This document shows positions 42,537 through 57,003 of a DNA stretch of 64,000 nucleotides, piece by piece. The number at the start of each line of letters is the position of its first letter. The stretch's first letter is position 1. Source of the stretch: Chloroflexota bacterium. Lineage in GTDB: Bacteria; Chloroflexota; Anaerolineae; B4-G1; DUEL01. The notes under the pieces are model-generated. The model made no database searches and was not told the origin of the DNA. It saw only the letters and a list, made by a program, of their open reading frames with translations. The stretch covers positions 44,573 through 108,572 of the forward strand of contig JADBJJ010000022.1 of the NCBI GenBank assembly GCA_014874475.1. Direction: 5' to 3'. Both the position numbers and the translations under genes were made by a program.

Positions 42537-42662
42537 ATGTCCCCAAAAAGCACCGAAGGCCGATTTCCCATCGGCGCATTGGCGGCCCTCGCCCTGACGG
42601 TGACCTTCACCCCGAAGGGATTTGGCAGCCTGCGAACCGGTTGTATAATCGGTGTTAGATGA
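42537..42662 (+). CDS. Small ORF (41 aa) or truncated gene with its own promoter and RBS
   Basis: TTGCTA-17-TAAAAT at 42477-42505 and an AGGAGGT RBS; MSPKSTEGRFPIGALAALALTVTF... Confidence 0.4.
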   Translation: MSPKSTEGRFPIGALAALALTVTFTPKGFGSLRTGCIIGVR

Positions 42663-42692
42663 TGGTCCCCGTTGCTTGCAAGGAGGCCGGCT

Positions 42693-47197
<4,505 letters not shown>

Positions 47198-47201
<4 letters not shown>

Positions 47202-48181
47202 AAAGGGATTTTTCCGCTGGGGCTTTTCCTCGTCCCCGCCTGGTCGTCAGCCGGTGCCTGGGGTTTGACGCTTGCCGCTACGATGGGAGCATCATCCCCG
47301 ACCCGTTCGTGGCGGCGCTGCGGGAGTTTGTGGAGTTCATCCCCGTCTGCCCGGAGGTGGAGTTGGGCCTGGGCGCGCCCCGCCCGCCGGTGCGGCTGGT
47401 GCGCGTCGGCGGGGAGGCCCGCCTCCTGCAGCCCGCCACCGGCCGGGACCTGACGGAGGCGATGCGGGCCTTTGCCGCGTCGTTCCTGGACGGACTCCCG
47501 CCGGTGGACGGCTTCCTCCTCAAGAACCGCTCCCCGTCCTGCGGGATCAAGGACGCCAAAGTCTACGCCGCGCCGGAGAAGGCGCCCGCAGTGGGGACCG
47601 GGCCGGGGCTGTTCGGAGGGGCCGTCCAGGCCCGCTTCCCCGACCTGCCGGTGGAGGACGAGGGGCGGCTCACCAACCGGGCCATCCGGGAGCACTTCTT
47701 CACCGTCATTTTCGCCCTGGCCCGGCTGCGGGAGACGGTGGATAGCGGCCAGATGGGGGCGCTGGTGGATTTTCACGCCCGGAACAAGTTCCTCCTGCTG
47801 GCCTACAACCAGGCCCGGATGCGGGAACTGGGGCGGATTGTCGCCAACCTGCAACGGCGGCCCGTCCGGGAGGTGATGGCGGAGTACGTCGCCGGATTCC
47901 GGGCCGCGCTGGCCCGCCCGCCCCGCCGCCCCGCCGTTGTCAACGTCCTCATGCACGCCCTGGGCTACATCTCCGAGGGGCTCAATCCGGCAGAGAAGGG
48001 GTATTTTCTGGACCTGCTCGCCGCCTACCGGGAAGGGCGCCAACCGCTGAGCACGCCCATAGGGGTCCTGCGGGCCTGGCTCCTCCGCTTTGGAGAACCG
48101 TACCTCTCCGCGCAGACGTTCTTCTCCCCTTTCCCGGAGGCCCTCGTCTCCCTGCGGGATTCCGGCCGGGAGGAGCGATGA
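47198..48181 (+). CDS. DUF523 (TudS desulfidase-like)-DUF1722 fusion (YbgA/RudS-like)
   Basis: VSRCLG...CRYDG, CPEV..GLG.PR, SPSCG, EDEGRL, FH..NK and NVLMH..GY motifs. ATG overlaps the upstream stop. Confidence 0.9.
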
Positions 48182-48189
48182 AGGGGTGG

Positions 48190-48250
48190 GACGCGGATGG
48201 ACGCGGATGAACGCGGATGGACGCAGGATGAACGCGGATGGACGCGGAGG
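48190..48250 (+). repeat. 10-bp tandem repeat (R)ACGCGGATG, six copies
   Basis: Read directly from the sequence; one unit has a 1-bp insertion. Confidence 0.9.
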
Positions 48251-48348
48251 ATGGGCAAGATCGTCCGCAACGACCGGGAGGTACGTCGGGCCCGGGGCCG
48301 AATGCCCGATGAAGAACGGATAAAGCCAGTGATGGAGCGGCTGGAGAA

Positions 48349-49665
48349 ATGATAGAGCCCGAACGCATCCATCCCCTGAACGCCCGGCCCCTGGCCGGAG
48401 GCCAGTACATCCTCTACTGGATGCAGGCCGCCCAGCGGGCCTTCTGGAACCCGGCGCTGGAGTTCGCCGTGGACCTGGCGGATGAACGCGGGCTTCCCCT
48501 GCTGGTGGCCTTCGGCCTGACCCCTCACTACCCCGAGGCCAATCTCCGCCACTACGCTTGGATGCTGGAGGGCCTGCGGGAGACGGCCCAGGCCCTGCGG
48601 GAGCGGGGCATCGGCTTCGTGATGCGGCTGGAATATCCGCCGGACCTGGCCCTGAGCCTGGCCCGGAATGCCGCCGCCGTCGTGACCGACCGGGGGTATC
48701 TCCGGCATCTGCGCATCTGGCGGCGGTACCTGGCGGAGCGGGCCCCCTGTCCGGTGATAGAGGTGGAGGGGGATGCCGTGGTGCCGGTGGAGACCGCCTA
48801 CCCCCGCCAGGCTGTGCGGGCCAGCGTCCTGCGCCGCCGGATTCAGCCCCTCCTCCCCCGCTTCCTTCTGCCCCTCGGAGAGCGGGCGCCCCGGATTCGG
48901 GCCGACTTCGCCGAGCCCTCCCTGGACCCATCCCGTCCCGATCAGATTCTCCCTCTCCTGCAGGTGGACCGGACGGTGGGGCCGGTGGACCTCCCCTCCG
49001 GGACGGGCGCCGCGCGGGCGCGCCTCCTGCGCTTCCTGGAGGAGGGCCTCCCCCGCTACGCCGACCTCCGCAGTGACCCCCGTCAGGACGTTACCTCCGG
49101 CCTCAGCCCGTACCTTCACTTCGGCCAGATTTCCCCGGTGGAGATGGCCCTGGAGGTCTCCCGCGTCGGCGGGCCCGAGGCGGACGCGTTTCTGGAGGAA
49201 CTGATCGTCCGGCGGGAACTGGCGCTGAACTTTGTGTGGTACACCCCCGATTACGACCGGTGGGAGGGTCTCCCCCGCTGGGCCCGGGAGACCCTACAGG
49301 CCCACGCGGCCGATCCCCGTCCCGCCCTCTACTCGCTGGAGGACCTGGAATCGGCCCAGACGGACGACCCGGTCTGGAACGCGGCCCAATCCGCACTGGT
49401 TCGGACGGGCCAGATGCACAACTACCTTCGGATGTACTGGGGGAAGCAACTCCTGCTCTGGACGGAGCGGCCAGAGGATGCGTTGCGCATCGGCCTCTAC
49501 CTGAACAACAAGTACGCGCTGGACGGCCGGGACCCGAACAGTTACGCCGGGGTGGGGTGGTGCCTGGGCCTCCACGACCGCCCGTTTGCCGAGCGGCCCA
49601 TCTTCGGCAAAGTGCGCCCTATGACCTTAGGGGGTTTCCGGAGGAAATTCGGGGGTTGGCCATAA
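48349..49665 (+). CDS. phr: Class II CPD DNA photolyase
   Basis: YWMQ..QR, SPYLHFGQIS, EELIVRREL, MHNYLRMYWGK and NNKYALDGRDPNSYAG motifs. Confidence 0.95.
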   Translation: MIEPERIHPLNARPLAGGQYILYWMQAAQRAFWNPALEFAVDLADERGLPLLVAFGLTPHYPEANLRHYAWMLEGLRETAQALRERGIGFVMRLEYPPDLALSLARNAAAVVTDRGYLRHLRIWRRYLAERAPCPVIEVEGDAVVPVETAYPRQAVRASVLRRRIQPLLPRFLLPLGERAPRIRADFAEPSLDPSRPDQILPLLQVDRTVGPVDLPSGTGAARARLLRFLEEGLPRYADLRSDPRQDVTSGLSPYLHFGQISPVEMALEVSRVGGPEADAFLEELIVRRELALNFVWYTPDYDRWEGLPRWARETLQAHAADPRPALYSLEDLESAQTDDPVWNAAQSALVRTGQMHNYLRMYWGKQLLLWTERPEDALRIGLYLNNKYALDGRDPNSYAGVGWCLGLHDRPFAERPIFGKVRPMTLGGFRRKFGGWP

Positions 49666-49777
49666 CCGGAGGTCATCCCCGTTGGACCTCCCGCCGACCC
49701 GGCCCTGGCGTCGGCGCCGGCCGGCGCCGGGCACTCAACACGTCTTCCGGTTTCCGCTGCGTCCCGTCAATGAGCAT

Positions 49778-50398
49778 ATGGCGACGGTGAAACTGACGAA
49801 ATCCGGGGTCATTCCCTATCCCGAGAAACAGCGCCTCCGGCAGGAGTTCTGCCAGTTGCGGGAATGTCTCCTTGCGGAGGATGTGGAGGCTGCGTCCGAG
49901 GCCATCTGCTGTCATCTGGACTCATGGCCGGTGATGCAGACCGCACGAATCGTGATGGCCTATCTGGCTTTTCGCAACGAGCCATCGCTGGAGAGGCTCT
50001 TCACAGCGCTCCCTCACATCCAATGGACGGTACCGCGCATAGAAGGCCGGAGGCTGGTTGTCCACCCCTATGACCCGAACCGATTGACCCGGCATCCCTT
50101 CGGGATGCTGGAGCCAGCGGCGGACCTGCCGGTCATTGATCCGGCCCTCCTGGATGTCGTGCTGGTGCCCGGGGTGGCTTTTGACCGGCATGGGGGACGA
50201 TTGGGCTTCGGCGGGGGCTTCTATGACCGCTTCCTTCCCACCACTCCGGCCCTGCGCGTGGGGGTGACATACGATTCCTGCCTGCTGGAGGAGTTGCCCT
50301 GTACGGAGGCCGACCAGCGCATGGATTGGGTTGTCACGCCGACGGGCCTCCTGGAGGTCCGGCGAGGAAATGAGAGGACGGACTGCCCTTCCTTGTGA
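49778..50398 (+). CDS. 5-formyltetrahydrofolate cyclo-ligase
   Basis: K..LR, NEP, VP, EP, LVPGVAFD..G.RLG.GGGFYDR and D..MD motifs. Confidence 0.93.
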   Translation: MATVKLTKSGVIPYPEKQRLRQEFCQLRECLLAEDVEAASEAICCHLDSWPVMQTARIVMAYLAFRNEPSLERLFTALPHIQWTVPRIEGRRLVVHPYDPNRLTRHPFGMLEPAADLPVIDPALLDVVLVPGVAFDRHGGRLGFGGGFYDRFLPTTPALRVGVTYDSCLLEELPCTEADQRMDWVVTPTGLLEVRRGNERTDCPSL

Positions 50399-50472
50399 TT
50401 CCCTGGCAGTTTTCCCAAATGGTGGTAAAATGTAAATAGCAGTTGCGACCACCCATTCCTGAAAGGAGACCT

Positions 50473-50841
50473 GTGGCAGAACAATACGGTTCCTACACGC
50501 CCCCGTCCGCCTACGGATACCCACCCCCCGCGCCTCCGACGAACGGCCTGGCCATCGCGTCGCTGGTTCTCAGCCTGCTGGGGCTGGTCGGCATCCTCCC
50601 GCTCCTGGGCACGATCCTGGGCCTCATCTTCGGCTACTCTGCCCGCAATCAAATTGCCCAGAGTCGCGGCACACAGGGCGGTGAGGGGTTGGCGAAGGCC
50701 GGCATTATCATCGGCTGGGTGACTCTGGGTATCTGGGCCCTGGGCATCTGCGCCGCCATCATCTTCGGGGTGGCCATACCCGGCGGCCTGGCCGGTTGCA
50801 GCCTCTGCGCTGACCTGGAATCCCTGATGCAGGGGTACTGA
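50473..50841 (+). CDS. DUF4190-family membrane protein
   Basis: TNGLAIASLV...G.GLA.AGIIIG motifs; GAAAGGAG RBS before GTG. Confidence 0.85.
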   Translation: MAEQYGSYTPPSAYGYPPPAPPTNGLAIASLVLSLLGLVGILPLLGTILGLIFGYSARNQIAQSRGTQGGEGLAKAGIIIGWVTLGIWALGICAAIIFGVAIPGGLAGCSLCADLESLMQGY

Positions 50842-50877
50842 GTCTATCCTGTCATCCGACCTCCCAAAGGAGCCCAT

Positions 50878-51081
50878 ATGAAAGAGCAGCCGGAATTCCC
50901 TTTCAATGAGCAGCGGGCCGATCCCGTGGAGACCGCGGTGCCCGGAGAGAAGAAATCCCGCACTGGCCTCATCATCGGCATCGTCGCGGGGGTGGTACTT
51001 CTCATCCTTTGCTGCTGTTGCATCATCGGGGTGATTGTGCTTGCCAACTGGGATACGATCTCTCAGGGGTTGGGTCTTTGA
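50878..51081 (+). CDS. Small single-TM protein with a Cys cluster
   Basis: AAAGGAG RBS; KKSR, then a hydrophobic helix containing CCCC. Confidence 0.65.
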   Translation: MKEQPEFPFNEQRADPVETAVPGEKKSRTGLIIGIVAGVVLLILCCCCIIGVIVLANWDTISQGLGL

Positions 51082-51119
51082 TTCCCTGATTTTCTGACGT
51101 TTCTGATTCTCCTGGGCCT

Positions 51120-52976
51120 ATGGAGGTGCCGGAATCCATTCAGGCTGTCCTCTCCAGCATGCCCGCGCTCCCCGGCGTCTACCTGATGCGGGACGCTGAG
51201 GGACGGGTGATCTACGTCGGCAAGGCCGTCAACCTGGCCAGCCGCACCCGTTCCTATTTCACTTCCTCCGCCCAGGAGAATCCCAAGACCCGGCGGCTGG
51301 TGGCAGAGGTCGCCTCCCTGGAATTCATCGTTACCGACAGCGAACTGGAAGCGCTCATCCTGGAGGCCAACCTCATCAAGGCCCACCGCCCTCGCTTTAA
51401 CGTCCGCCTGCGGGATGACAAACGGTACCCCTACATCAAGGTGACCTGGGCGGAGCCTTATCCGCGCGTCCTTATCACTCGCCGCATTGAACGGGACGGC
51501 AGCCGTTATTTCGGCCCTTATACCTCCTCGGCCGCCGTCCGCGAGACCCTGGACCTCCTGCGCCGGACGTTCCCCTACTTGACCTGTAGCCGGGAAATCA
51601 CCGGCAAGGATTCCCGCGCGTGCCTCTACCACGACATGAAACTCTGCCTGGCCCCCTGCATCGGCGCAGTCAGCCAAGAGGAGTACCGCGCGATGATTGC
51701 GGGTCTTATCCGTTTCCTGGAGGGACGGAGCGAGGAAGTCCTGGCGGACCTGGAACGGCGGATGCGGGAAGCCGCTGAACGACTGGACTTTGAGCGGGCG
51801 GCCCGGCTGAGAGACCAGTTACAGGCTGCCCGACACATCGTAGAGCGCCAGAAAATCGTCGCCGCCACCGGCAGCGACCAGGACGTCATCGCCTTCGCCC
51901 GGGATAACGGCAACGCCTGCGTCCAGGTCTTCTTTATCCGGGACGGCAAACTCCTGGGCCGGGAGTACTTCCTGCTGGAAGGCGCAGAGGCGGAGGACGA
52001 CCGGGAGGTTATGGCTGCGTTCCTGAAGCAGTTCTACGAGGAGGCTGCCTATGTGCCTCCGGAGGTCCTCCTGCCGGAGGAAGTGGACGAGGCGCTGGTC
52101 ATAGAGGAGTGGCTGCGTTCCAAACGCGGCGCCAAAGTGGTGCTGCGGGTGCCCCGCCGGGGGCGCGGGCGGGACCTGCTGCGCATGGCCGCTGAGAACG
52201 CCGCCCAGATGCTGGCGACCTTCCGCGCCAGTTGGGAGGCCGACGCCCACCGCCAGGAGCAGGCGCTGGAAGAACTCCGCCAGGCACTGGGTCTCTCTGC
52301 CCGTCCAGCCCGCATGGAATGCTACGACGTCTCCACCACCCAGGGCGCCGAACCGACTGCCAGCATGGTCGTCTTTGAGCAGGGGGTCCCCCGCAAATCC
52401 GAATACCGGCGCTTCGCCCTGCGCGCGCTGGAGAAGCCGGACGACTACGCAGGGATGCGGGAAGTACTGACCCGACGCCTGGAGCGCTGGCGAACGGCGA
52501 CCTCCGGCGAGTTGACCGGCGTGCGGGGGGTCAAGACCTGGGCTCTCCTCCCCGACCTGCTGGTAGTGGACGGCGGGAAGGGCCAGTTGGGGGTGGCGCT
52601 GGAGGTCCTGGAGTCCTTCGGCCTGCGGGACCGGATGGCGGTGGCGGCGTTGGCGAAAGAGGAGGAGGCGCTGTTTCTGCCCGGACGGGAGGAGCCGGTG
52701 CGGCTGCCGGAGGGCTCCCCGGCCCTGCGACTCCTCCAGCAGATGCGGGATGAGGCCCACCGCTTCGCTATCGCCTACCACCGGCTGCGGCGGGAGCGCG
52801 CGGGTCTGGCAACGGAACTGGAGAACATCCCTGGCGTGGGGCCGGCCCGCCGCCGGATTCTGCTGAAGACCTTTGGCTCCCTGGAGCGCATCCGCGCCGC
52901 GACGGTAGAGGAACTGGCCGCCGTTCCGGGCATCCCCCGCGCGGTGGCGGAAGCCATCAAGGAATACCTGGGGTGA
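51120..52976 (+). CDS. uvrC: Excinuclease ABC subunit C
   Basis: GIY-YIG (PGVYLM, YVGKA), YFGPY, CYDVS, DDY, DGGKGQ, RDEAHRFA and HhH motifs. Confidence 0.98.
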   Translation: MEVPESIQAVLSSMPALPGVYLMRDAEGRVIYVGKAVNLASRTRSYFTSSAQENPKTRRLVAEVASLEFIVTDSELEALILEANLIKAHRPRFNVRLRDDKRYPYIKVTWAEPYPRVLITRRIERDGSRYFGPYTSSAAVRETLDLLRRTFPYLTCSREITGKDSRACLYHDMKLCLAPCIGAVSQEEYRAMIAGLIRFLEGRSEEVLADLERRMREAAERLDFERAARLRDQLQAARHIVERQKIVAATGSDQDVIAFARDNGNACVQVFFIRDGKLLGREYFLLEGAEAEDDREVMAAFLKQFYEEAAYVPPEVLLPEEVDEALVIEEWLRSKRGAKVVLRVPRRGRGRDLLRMAAENAAQMLATFRASWEADAHRQEQALEELRQALGLSARPARMECYDVSTTQGAEPTASMVVFEQGVPRKSEYRRFALRALEKPDDYAGMREVLTRRLERWRTATSGELTGVRGVKTWALLPDLLVVDGGKGQLGVALEVLESFGLRDRMAVAALAKEEEALFLPGREEPVRLPEGSPALRLLQQMRDEAHRFAIAYHRLRRERAGLATELENIPGVGPARRRILLKTFGSLERIRAATVEELAAVPGIPRAVAEAIKEYLG

Positions 52977-53032
52977 TGCTTGAGGGGCAAGTCTGACCCT
53001 TGTGCTGAAGTGGCTGGGAGGGATTTCCACCG

Positions 53033-54574
53033 ATGCGCCTGAGTGAACTGACCGCCTACCTACCGGCTATCTCTCACCGCCTCGGCCCCGACCCCGAGGT
53101 GGGCGGCATCGCGGCGGATTCCCGCCAGGTCCGCCCCGGCGACCTCTTCGTCGCCATTCCGGGCGTCAGCCTGGACGGACACGCCTACATCCCCCAGGCG
53201 CTGGCGGCGGGCGCGGTCGCTGTTGTCGGTGAGCGCGCGCCGCAGGAGATGCCCGACCTCCCCTGGGGCACCTTCGCCTATCTCCAGGTCCCCGACGCCC
53301 GTCAGGCCTGGGGCTGGCTCTGCGCCGCATGGGAGGGCCTCTCGGGTCGCCGGATGACCCTGATCGGCGTCACCGGCACCGACGGCAAAACCACCACCGT
53401 CACCCTCATTTACGCCATTCTGCGCGCGGCCGGCCTCAACGCCGGGCTGGTCAGCACGGTCGCCGCCCGCATCGGCGAAGAGGAGGTGGATACCGGTTTC
53501 CACACCACCACCCCTGACCCGCCCGACCTCCAACGATATCTGGCCCGTATGGTCCAGACGGGCGCTACCCACGCCGTCCTGGAGGTGACCTCCCACGGGC
53601 TGGCCCAGCACCGGGTGGCCGGCTGCGACTTTGACGTCGCCGTCATCACCAACATCACTCACGAGCATCTGGACTTTCATGGCTCGCTGGAGGCGTACCG
53701 GCGGGCCAAGGCTATGCTCTTTGAAGGACTGAGCCGCTCTTTCCGCAAACCGGGCGTCCCCAAAATCGCCGTCCTCAACCGGGACGACAGTTCCTACGAT
53801 CTCCTTCGCCCCATCTCTGCTGATCGCCACCTCACCTATAGCCTCTCCGGCCAGGCAGATGTGACCGTCCGGGAGGTCCGGTATGGGCCCGACGTCACCC
53901 GTCTCACCTTGAATCTCCCCGATGGACCGGTGGAAATGACGACCTCGCTGGTCGGCGCGTACAACGTCAGCAACATTCTGGCAGCGACGGCCGCGGCGGT
54001 GGCCCTGAACCTCCCAGCGGAAGCCATTGCCCGGGGGATTGCAGCGGTTCGGGGAGTGCCAGGGCGAATGGAGCGGATAGATGAAGGGCAGGACTTCTTG
54101 GCGATAGTGGACTTTGCCCACACCCCCAACGCGCTCCAGCAGGCCCTACGGACTGTGCGAGAGATGGCCTCGGGGCGGGTCATCGTCGTCTTCGGCTGCG
54201 CCGGACTGCGGGACCGGGAGAAGCGGACGCTGATGGGGCGGATCGCCGGAGAACTGGCGGATGTGGTCATCCTGACCGCCGAGGACCCCCGAACAGAGAA
54301 CCTGGAGGAGATTATGGCGATCAGCGCGGCGGCGGCGCAGGAGGCCGGGAAGCGGGAAGGGGTGGACCTCTTCCGCGTCCCCGACCGGGGGGAGGCCATT
54401 CTGCAGGCCTGTCAGATGGCCCGCGCCGGGGACGTGGTCATCGCCTGCGGCAAAGGGCACGAACTGTCTATGTGCTTCGGGACGATAGAGTACCCCTGGG
54501 ACGACCGGGAGGCGATGCGGCGGGCCCTCCACGGCCAGACCCTGGATACCCTCCCCACTGCCTGCCGGAGATAG
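53033..54574 (+). CDS. murE: UDP-MurNAc-tripeptide synthetase
   Basis: DSR, GVTGTDGKTT, TTP, EVTSH, HLDFH, GRME, DFAH and GKGHE motifs. Confidence 0.93.
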   Translation: MRLSELTAYLPAISHRLGPDPEVGGIAADSRQVRPGDLFVAIPGVSLDGHAYIPQALAAGAVAVVGERAPQEMPDLPWGTFAYLQVPDARQAWGWLCAAWEGLSGRRMTLIGVTGTDGKTTTVTLIYAILRAAGLNAGLVSTVAARIGEEEVDTGFHTTTPDPPDLQRYLARMVQTGATHAVLEVTSHGLAQHRVAGCDFDVAVITNITHEHLDFHGSLEAYRRAKAMLFEGLSRSFRKPGVPKIAVLNRDDSSYDLLRPISADRHLTYSLSGQADVTVREVRYGPDVTRLTLNLPDGPVEMTTSLVGAYNVSNILAATAAAVALNLPAEAIARGIAAVRGVPGRMERIDEGQDFLAIVDFAHTPNALQQALRTVREMASGRVIVVFGCAGLRDREKRTLMGRIAGELADVVILTAEDPRTENLEEIMAISAAAAQEAGKREGVDLFRVPDRGEAILQACQMARAGDVVIACGKGHELSMCFGTIEYPWDDREAMRRALHGQTLDTLPTACRR

Positions 54575-54576
54575 AG

Positions 54577-54614
54577 AAACGCGCCAGGCACTTCCGGAAG
54601 TGCCGGACGCGTTT
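54577..54614. terminator. Palindrome between convergent genes (bidirectional terminator or REP)
   Basis: AAACGCGCCAGGCACTTCCGGAAGTGCCGGACGCGTTT. Confidence 0.6.
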
Positions 54615-55171
54615 CACGATTTCACTGAAAACCCTACCGGCGCCAGTTGCTCCCCCAGCCGCCAGTAGTCCCGCCCCGTGTAGAGGAACGGGGCCAGCCG
54701 GGCGAAATCCACCCGTCCCCTTTCATCCAGGACCGCTTCGTCCACGTGGACGGCGACCACCTCGCCGACGAAGAGGTCGTGGCTGCCCAGCGGGAGGGTG
54801 TGGCGGAGGCGACACTCTATGTTGACGGGGCACTCGGCGATGAGGGGGACCCGTACCTGAACCCCTGCGGCTTGAGTGAACCCACACGCTTCCCACTTAT
54901 CCACATCTTTCCCGGAGACGCGGCCGCAGTAATCCGCCGCATGTGCCTGGTCGGCGGTGGGCAGATTGACGACGAACTCCCCCACATCCCGGATGAGGTA
55001 GTGGGAATGGCGCGAGGGCCGCACCGCGATGCCGATCATCGGCGGCGTAGAGCAGACGGTCCCTACCCAGGAGAGGGCGACAATGTTGGCCTCATCCCCC
55101 ACTCCGCAACTGACCAGCACCACCGGCAGGGGATACAGATAGATTCCCGGTTCGCGAATTTGCTTGGTCAT
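54614..55171 (-). CDS. Flavin reductase family protein
   Basis: YPLPVVLVS, EFVVNLP, ECPVNIEC and GSHDLFVGEV motifs. Confidence 0.92.
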   Translation of the reverse strand: MTKQIREPGIYLYPLPVVLVSCGVGDEANIVALSWVGTVCSTPPMIGIAVRPSRHSHYLIRDVGEFVVNLPTADQAHAADYCGRVSGKDVDKWEACGFTQAAGVQVRVPLIAECPVNIECRLRHTLPLGSHDLFVGEVVAVHVDEAVLDERGRVDFARLAPFLYTGRDYWRLGEQLAPVGFSVKS

Positions 55172-55191
55172 AAGTTATCTCCTGTTGCATG

Positions 55192-55506
55192 TCATTCGGC
55201 TTTCAGCAATGCGCGCACCCGCCCGGCGGTCACCCCGGCAACTCGCACCACCTTGTGCCGGGAGGTGTGCCCGGAGAGAATCTCCACCGCATCCACCGAT
55301 ACGCCCAGTTGCTGGGCCAGAAAAGACCGCAGGGCCTGGTTGGCCTTCCCCTCGGTCGCTGGAGCGCGCAGGCGCACCCGCAGCGCGTCGCCGTAGAGGC
55401 CGACGAGGGCATCCTGGCCGCTCCCCGGCGCGACGTGCACGCCGAACGTGCACCCCTCAGGCCCCTCCTGAACTCTCAGGCGCTCCACAATTCCCTCCAG
55501 ACCCAT
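55192..55506 (-). CDS. yggU: DUF167/YggU family protein
   Basis: V.PG, A.ATEGKAN and G.TSR.K motifs. Confidence 0.88.
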   Translation of the reverse strand: MGLEGIVERLRVQEGPEGCTFGVHVAPGSGQDALVGLYGDALRVRLRAPATEGKANQALRSFLAQQLGVSVDAVEILSGHTSRHKVVRVAGVTAGRVRALLKAE

Positions 55507-55545
55507 CCCGACGCCCGACGTGGTCGGTTGTCTGCGGCCTGCGGG

Positions 55546-55803
55546 TCAAAACAGTACCCAGATCAGGACCCGCTCCACCAGCCAGAGGAGCAGGATGAGG
55601 ACCATCGGGCTGAAGTCCACGGGCCCTATATACGGCAGATGGCGGCGAATCGGTGCCAGCAGCGGCTCCGTGATGGTGTAAAGAAAGCGCATCACCGGAT
55701 GGGCGTAACTGAGGCCGAAGACCGGCAGCAGCGCCCGGGCGATGATGGCTAAGGTATAGAGAGCAAACAGAGTGCGAATCAATCGGTACAGGATGAACGT
55801 CAT
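55546..55803 (-). CDS. yggT: YggT family membrane protein
   Basis: [11 protein letters not shown] and DFSP motifs. Confidence 0.9.
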   Translation of the reverse strand: MTFILYRLIRTLFALYTLAIIARALLPVFGLSYAHPVMRFLYTITEPLLAPIRRHLPYIGPVDFSPMVLILLLWLVERVLIWVLF

Positions 55804-56630
55804 TGTTTCTCCCTCCGGGGTCCGAAGATGGCCCGCCCGATGCGGACCATCGTCGCTCCTTCCTCCACGGCGACCTCAAAGTCGTCGGTCATTCCCATAG
55901 AGAGTTCGCGCCATGGCAGGTGCGGGAAGCGCTCCCGCAGTCCGTCCCGCAGCGCGCGCAGGCGGGCAAAGACCGGGCGCACCGCTTCGGGGTCATCGGT
56001 CAGCGGCGCGACGGTCATCAGTCCATCTACCCGCAGGCCGGGGAGGGCCAGAATGGTGGCGCAATCGGCGAAAAACGCCTCCCGCTGCGCGGCGTCCTCC
56101 TCCCAGCGGTCCACGGCGAAGCCGAATTTCGTCGCCTCGCCGCTGATGTTGCACTCCAGGAGGACGGGTATCTCCCGGCCGGCCTCCACCGCGAGGCGGT
56201 TCAGCCGCAAGGCGATTTTGGGCCGGTCCACCGAGTGGACGACGTCGTAGCAATCCACCACCTGGTCGGCCTTGCGGCTCTGGATGTGGCCGACCAAGTG
56301 CCAGGTGGGGCGGGGACCGGGGACGGCGGCATTGACGATGGGAATTTTCTCCGCCCCCTCCTCGGGCCGGTTTTCTCCGAAGTGGCGCAGGCCGGCCGCG
56401 TACCCCTCCAGAATGACCTCCGGCGGAAAGGTCTTGGTGACGGCGACCAGGGTCACTGCCGCCGGGTCTCGCCCGGCCCGCAGGGCCGCTTCGGCAATCC
56501 GTTCCTCCACCCGGCGCAGGTTCTGTTCAATGGATGACGGACTCCCGACCACCCTAACCCCACTTTTTCCCCCTTCCCCTCTCCCGAAACGGGGAGGGTG
56601 GGGGCAAGAGCGCCGATTTGTCGGAATCAT
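55800..56630 (-). CDS. yggS: PLP homeostasis protein YggS/PROSC
   Basis: VAVTK, FGEN, WH.VG..Q..K, GLMT, LSMGM.DD and VRIGRAIFG motifs. Start uncertain because the N terminus includes a repeat-derived segment. Confidence 0.93.
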   Translation of the reverse strand: MIPTNRRSCPHPPRFGRGEGGKSGVRVVGSPSSIEQNLRRVEERIAEAALRAGRDPAAVTLVAVTKTFPPEVILEGYAAGLRHFGENRPEEGAEKIPIVNAAVPGPRPTWHLVGHIQSRKADQVVDCYDVVHSVDRPKIALRLNRLAVEAGREIPVLLECNISGEATKFGFAVDRWEEDAAQREAFFADCATILALPGLRVDGLMTVAPLTDDPEAVRPVFARLRALRDGLRERFPHLPWRELSMGMTDDFEVAVEEGATMVRIGRAIFGPRREKQ

Positions 56631-56823
56631 TGCCAAATTGCTATGCGGCTTTATTATACCATCGGCCTATGCCGGGAGCAATTCCACTGTATGTGGCCCA
56701 GCGGGAGGACGTAGCCGCACGGTCGGGTTAGAAAATGAACGCATCAGTTGCATTTTTCCTATTCTGGGGTTTAATATAGCCAGAGTCATATCGGCAACCG
56801 GAGGCTGCGGTCGTCTCCTTCCC

Positions 56824-56963
56824 GAGGGTTGCTGAAAATGTAACGTTGCTGGCTCAGGGGCAAAGTTTGTGTTGGCACGGGATGGGGCCCATTGGTATGC
56901 CCGCCCGTATCCAGGAAACGGGACCTGGCCTTCTTGCGCGGCGGTGAAGATTCAGCAACCCTC
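56824..56963. mobile_element. Candidate MITE with 13-bp perfect terminal inverted repeats
   Basis: GAGGGTTGCTGAA ... TTCAGCAACCCTC enclosing 140 bp with no coding capacity; no target-site duplication seen. Confidence 0.45.
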
Positions 56964-57003
56964 TATGGGGAGACGACCTGGGCCTCACTCATTAGGAGGG
57001 GAA

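Noticed and set aside
49666-49777. 6S RNA, often upstream of 5-formyl-THF cyclo-ligase
   Set aside because: The gap is only about 110 nt and I cannot see the long rod with a central bubble.
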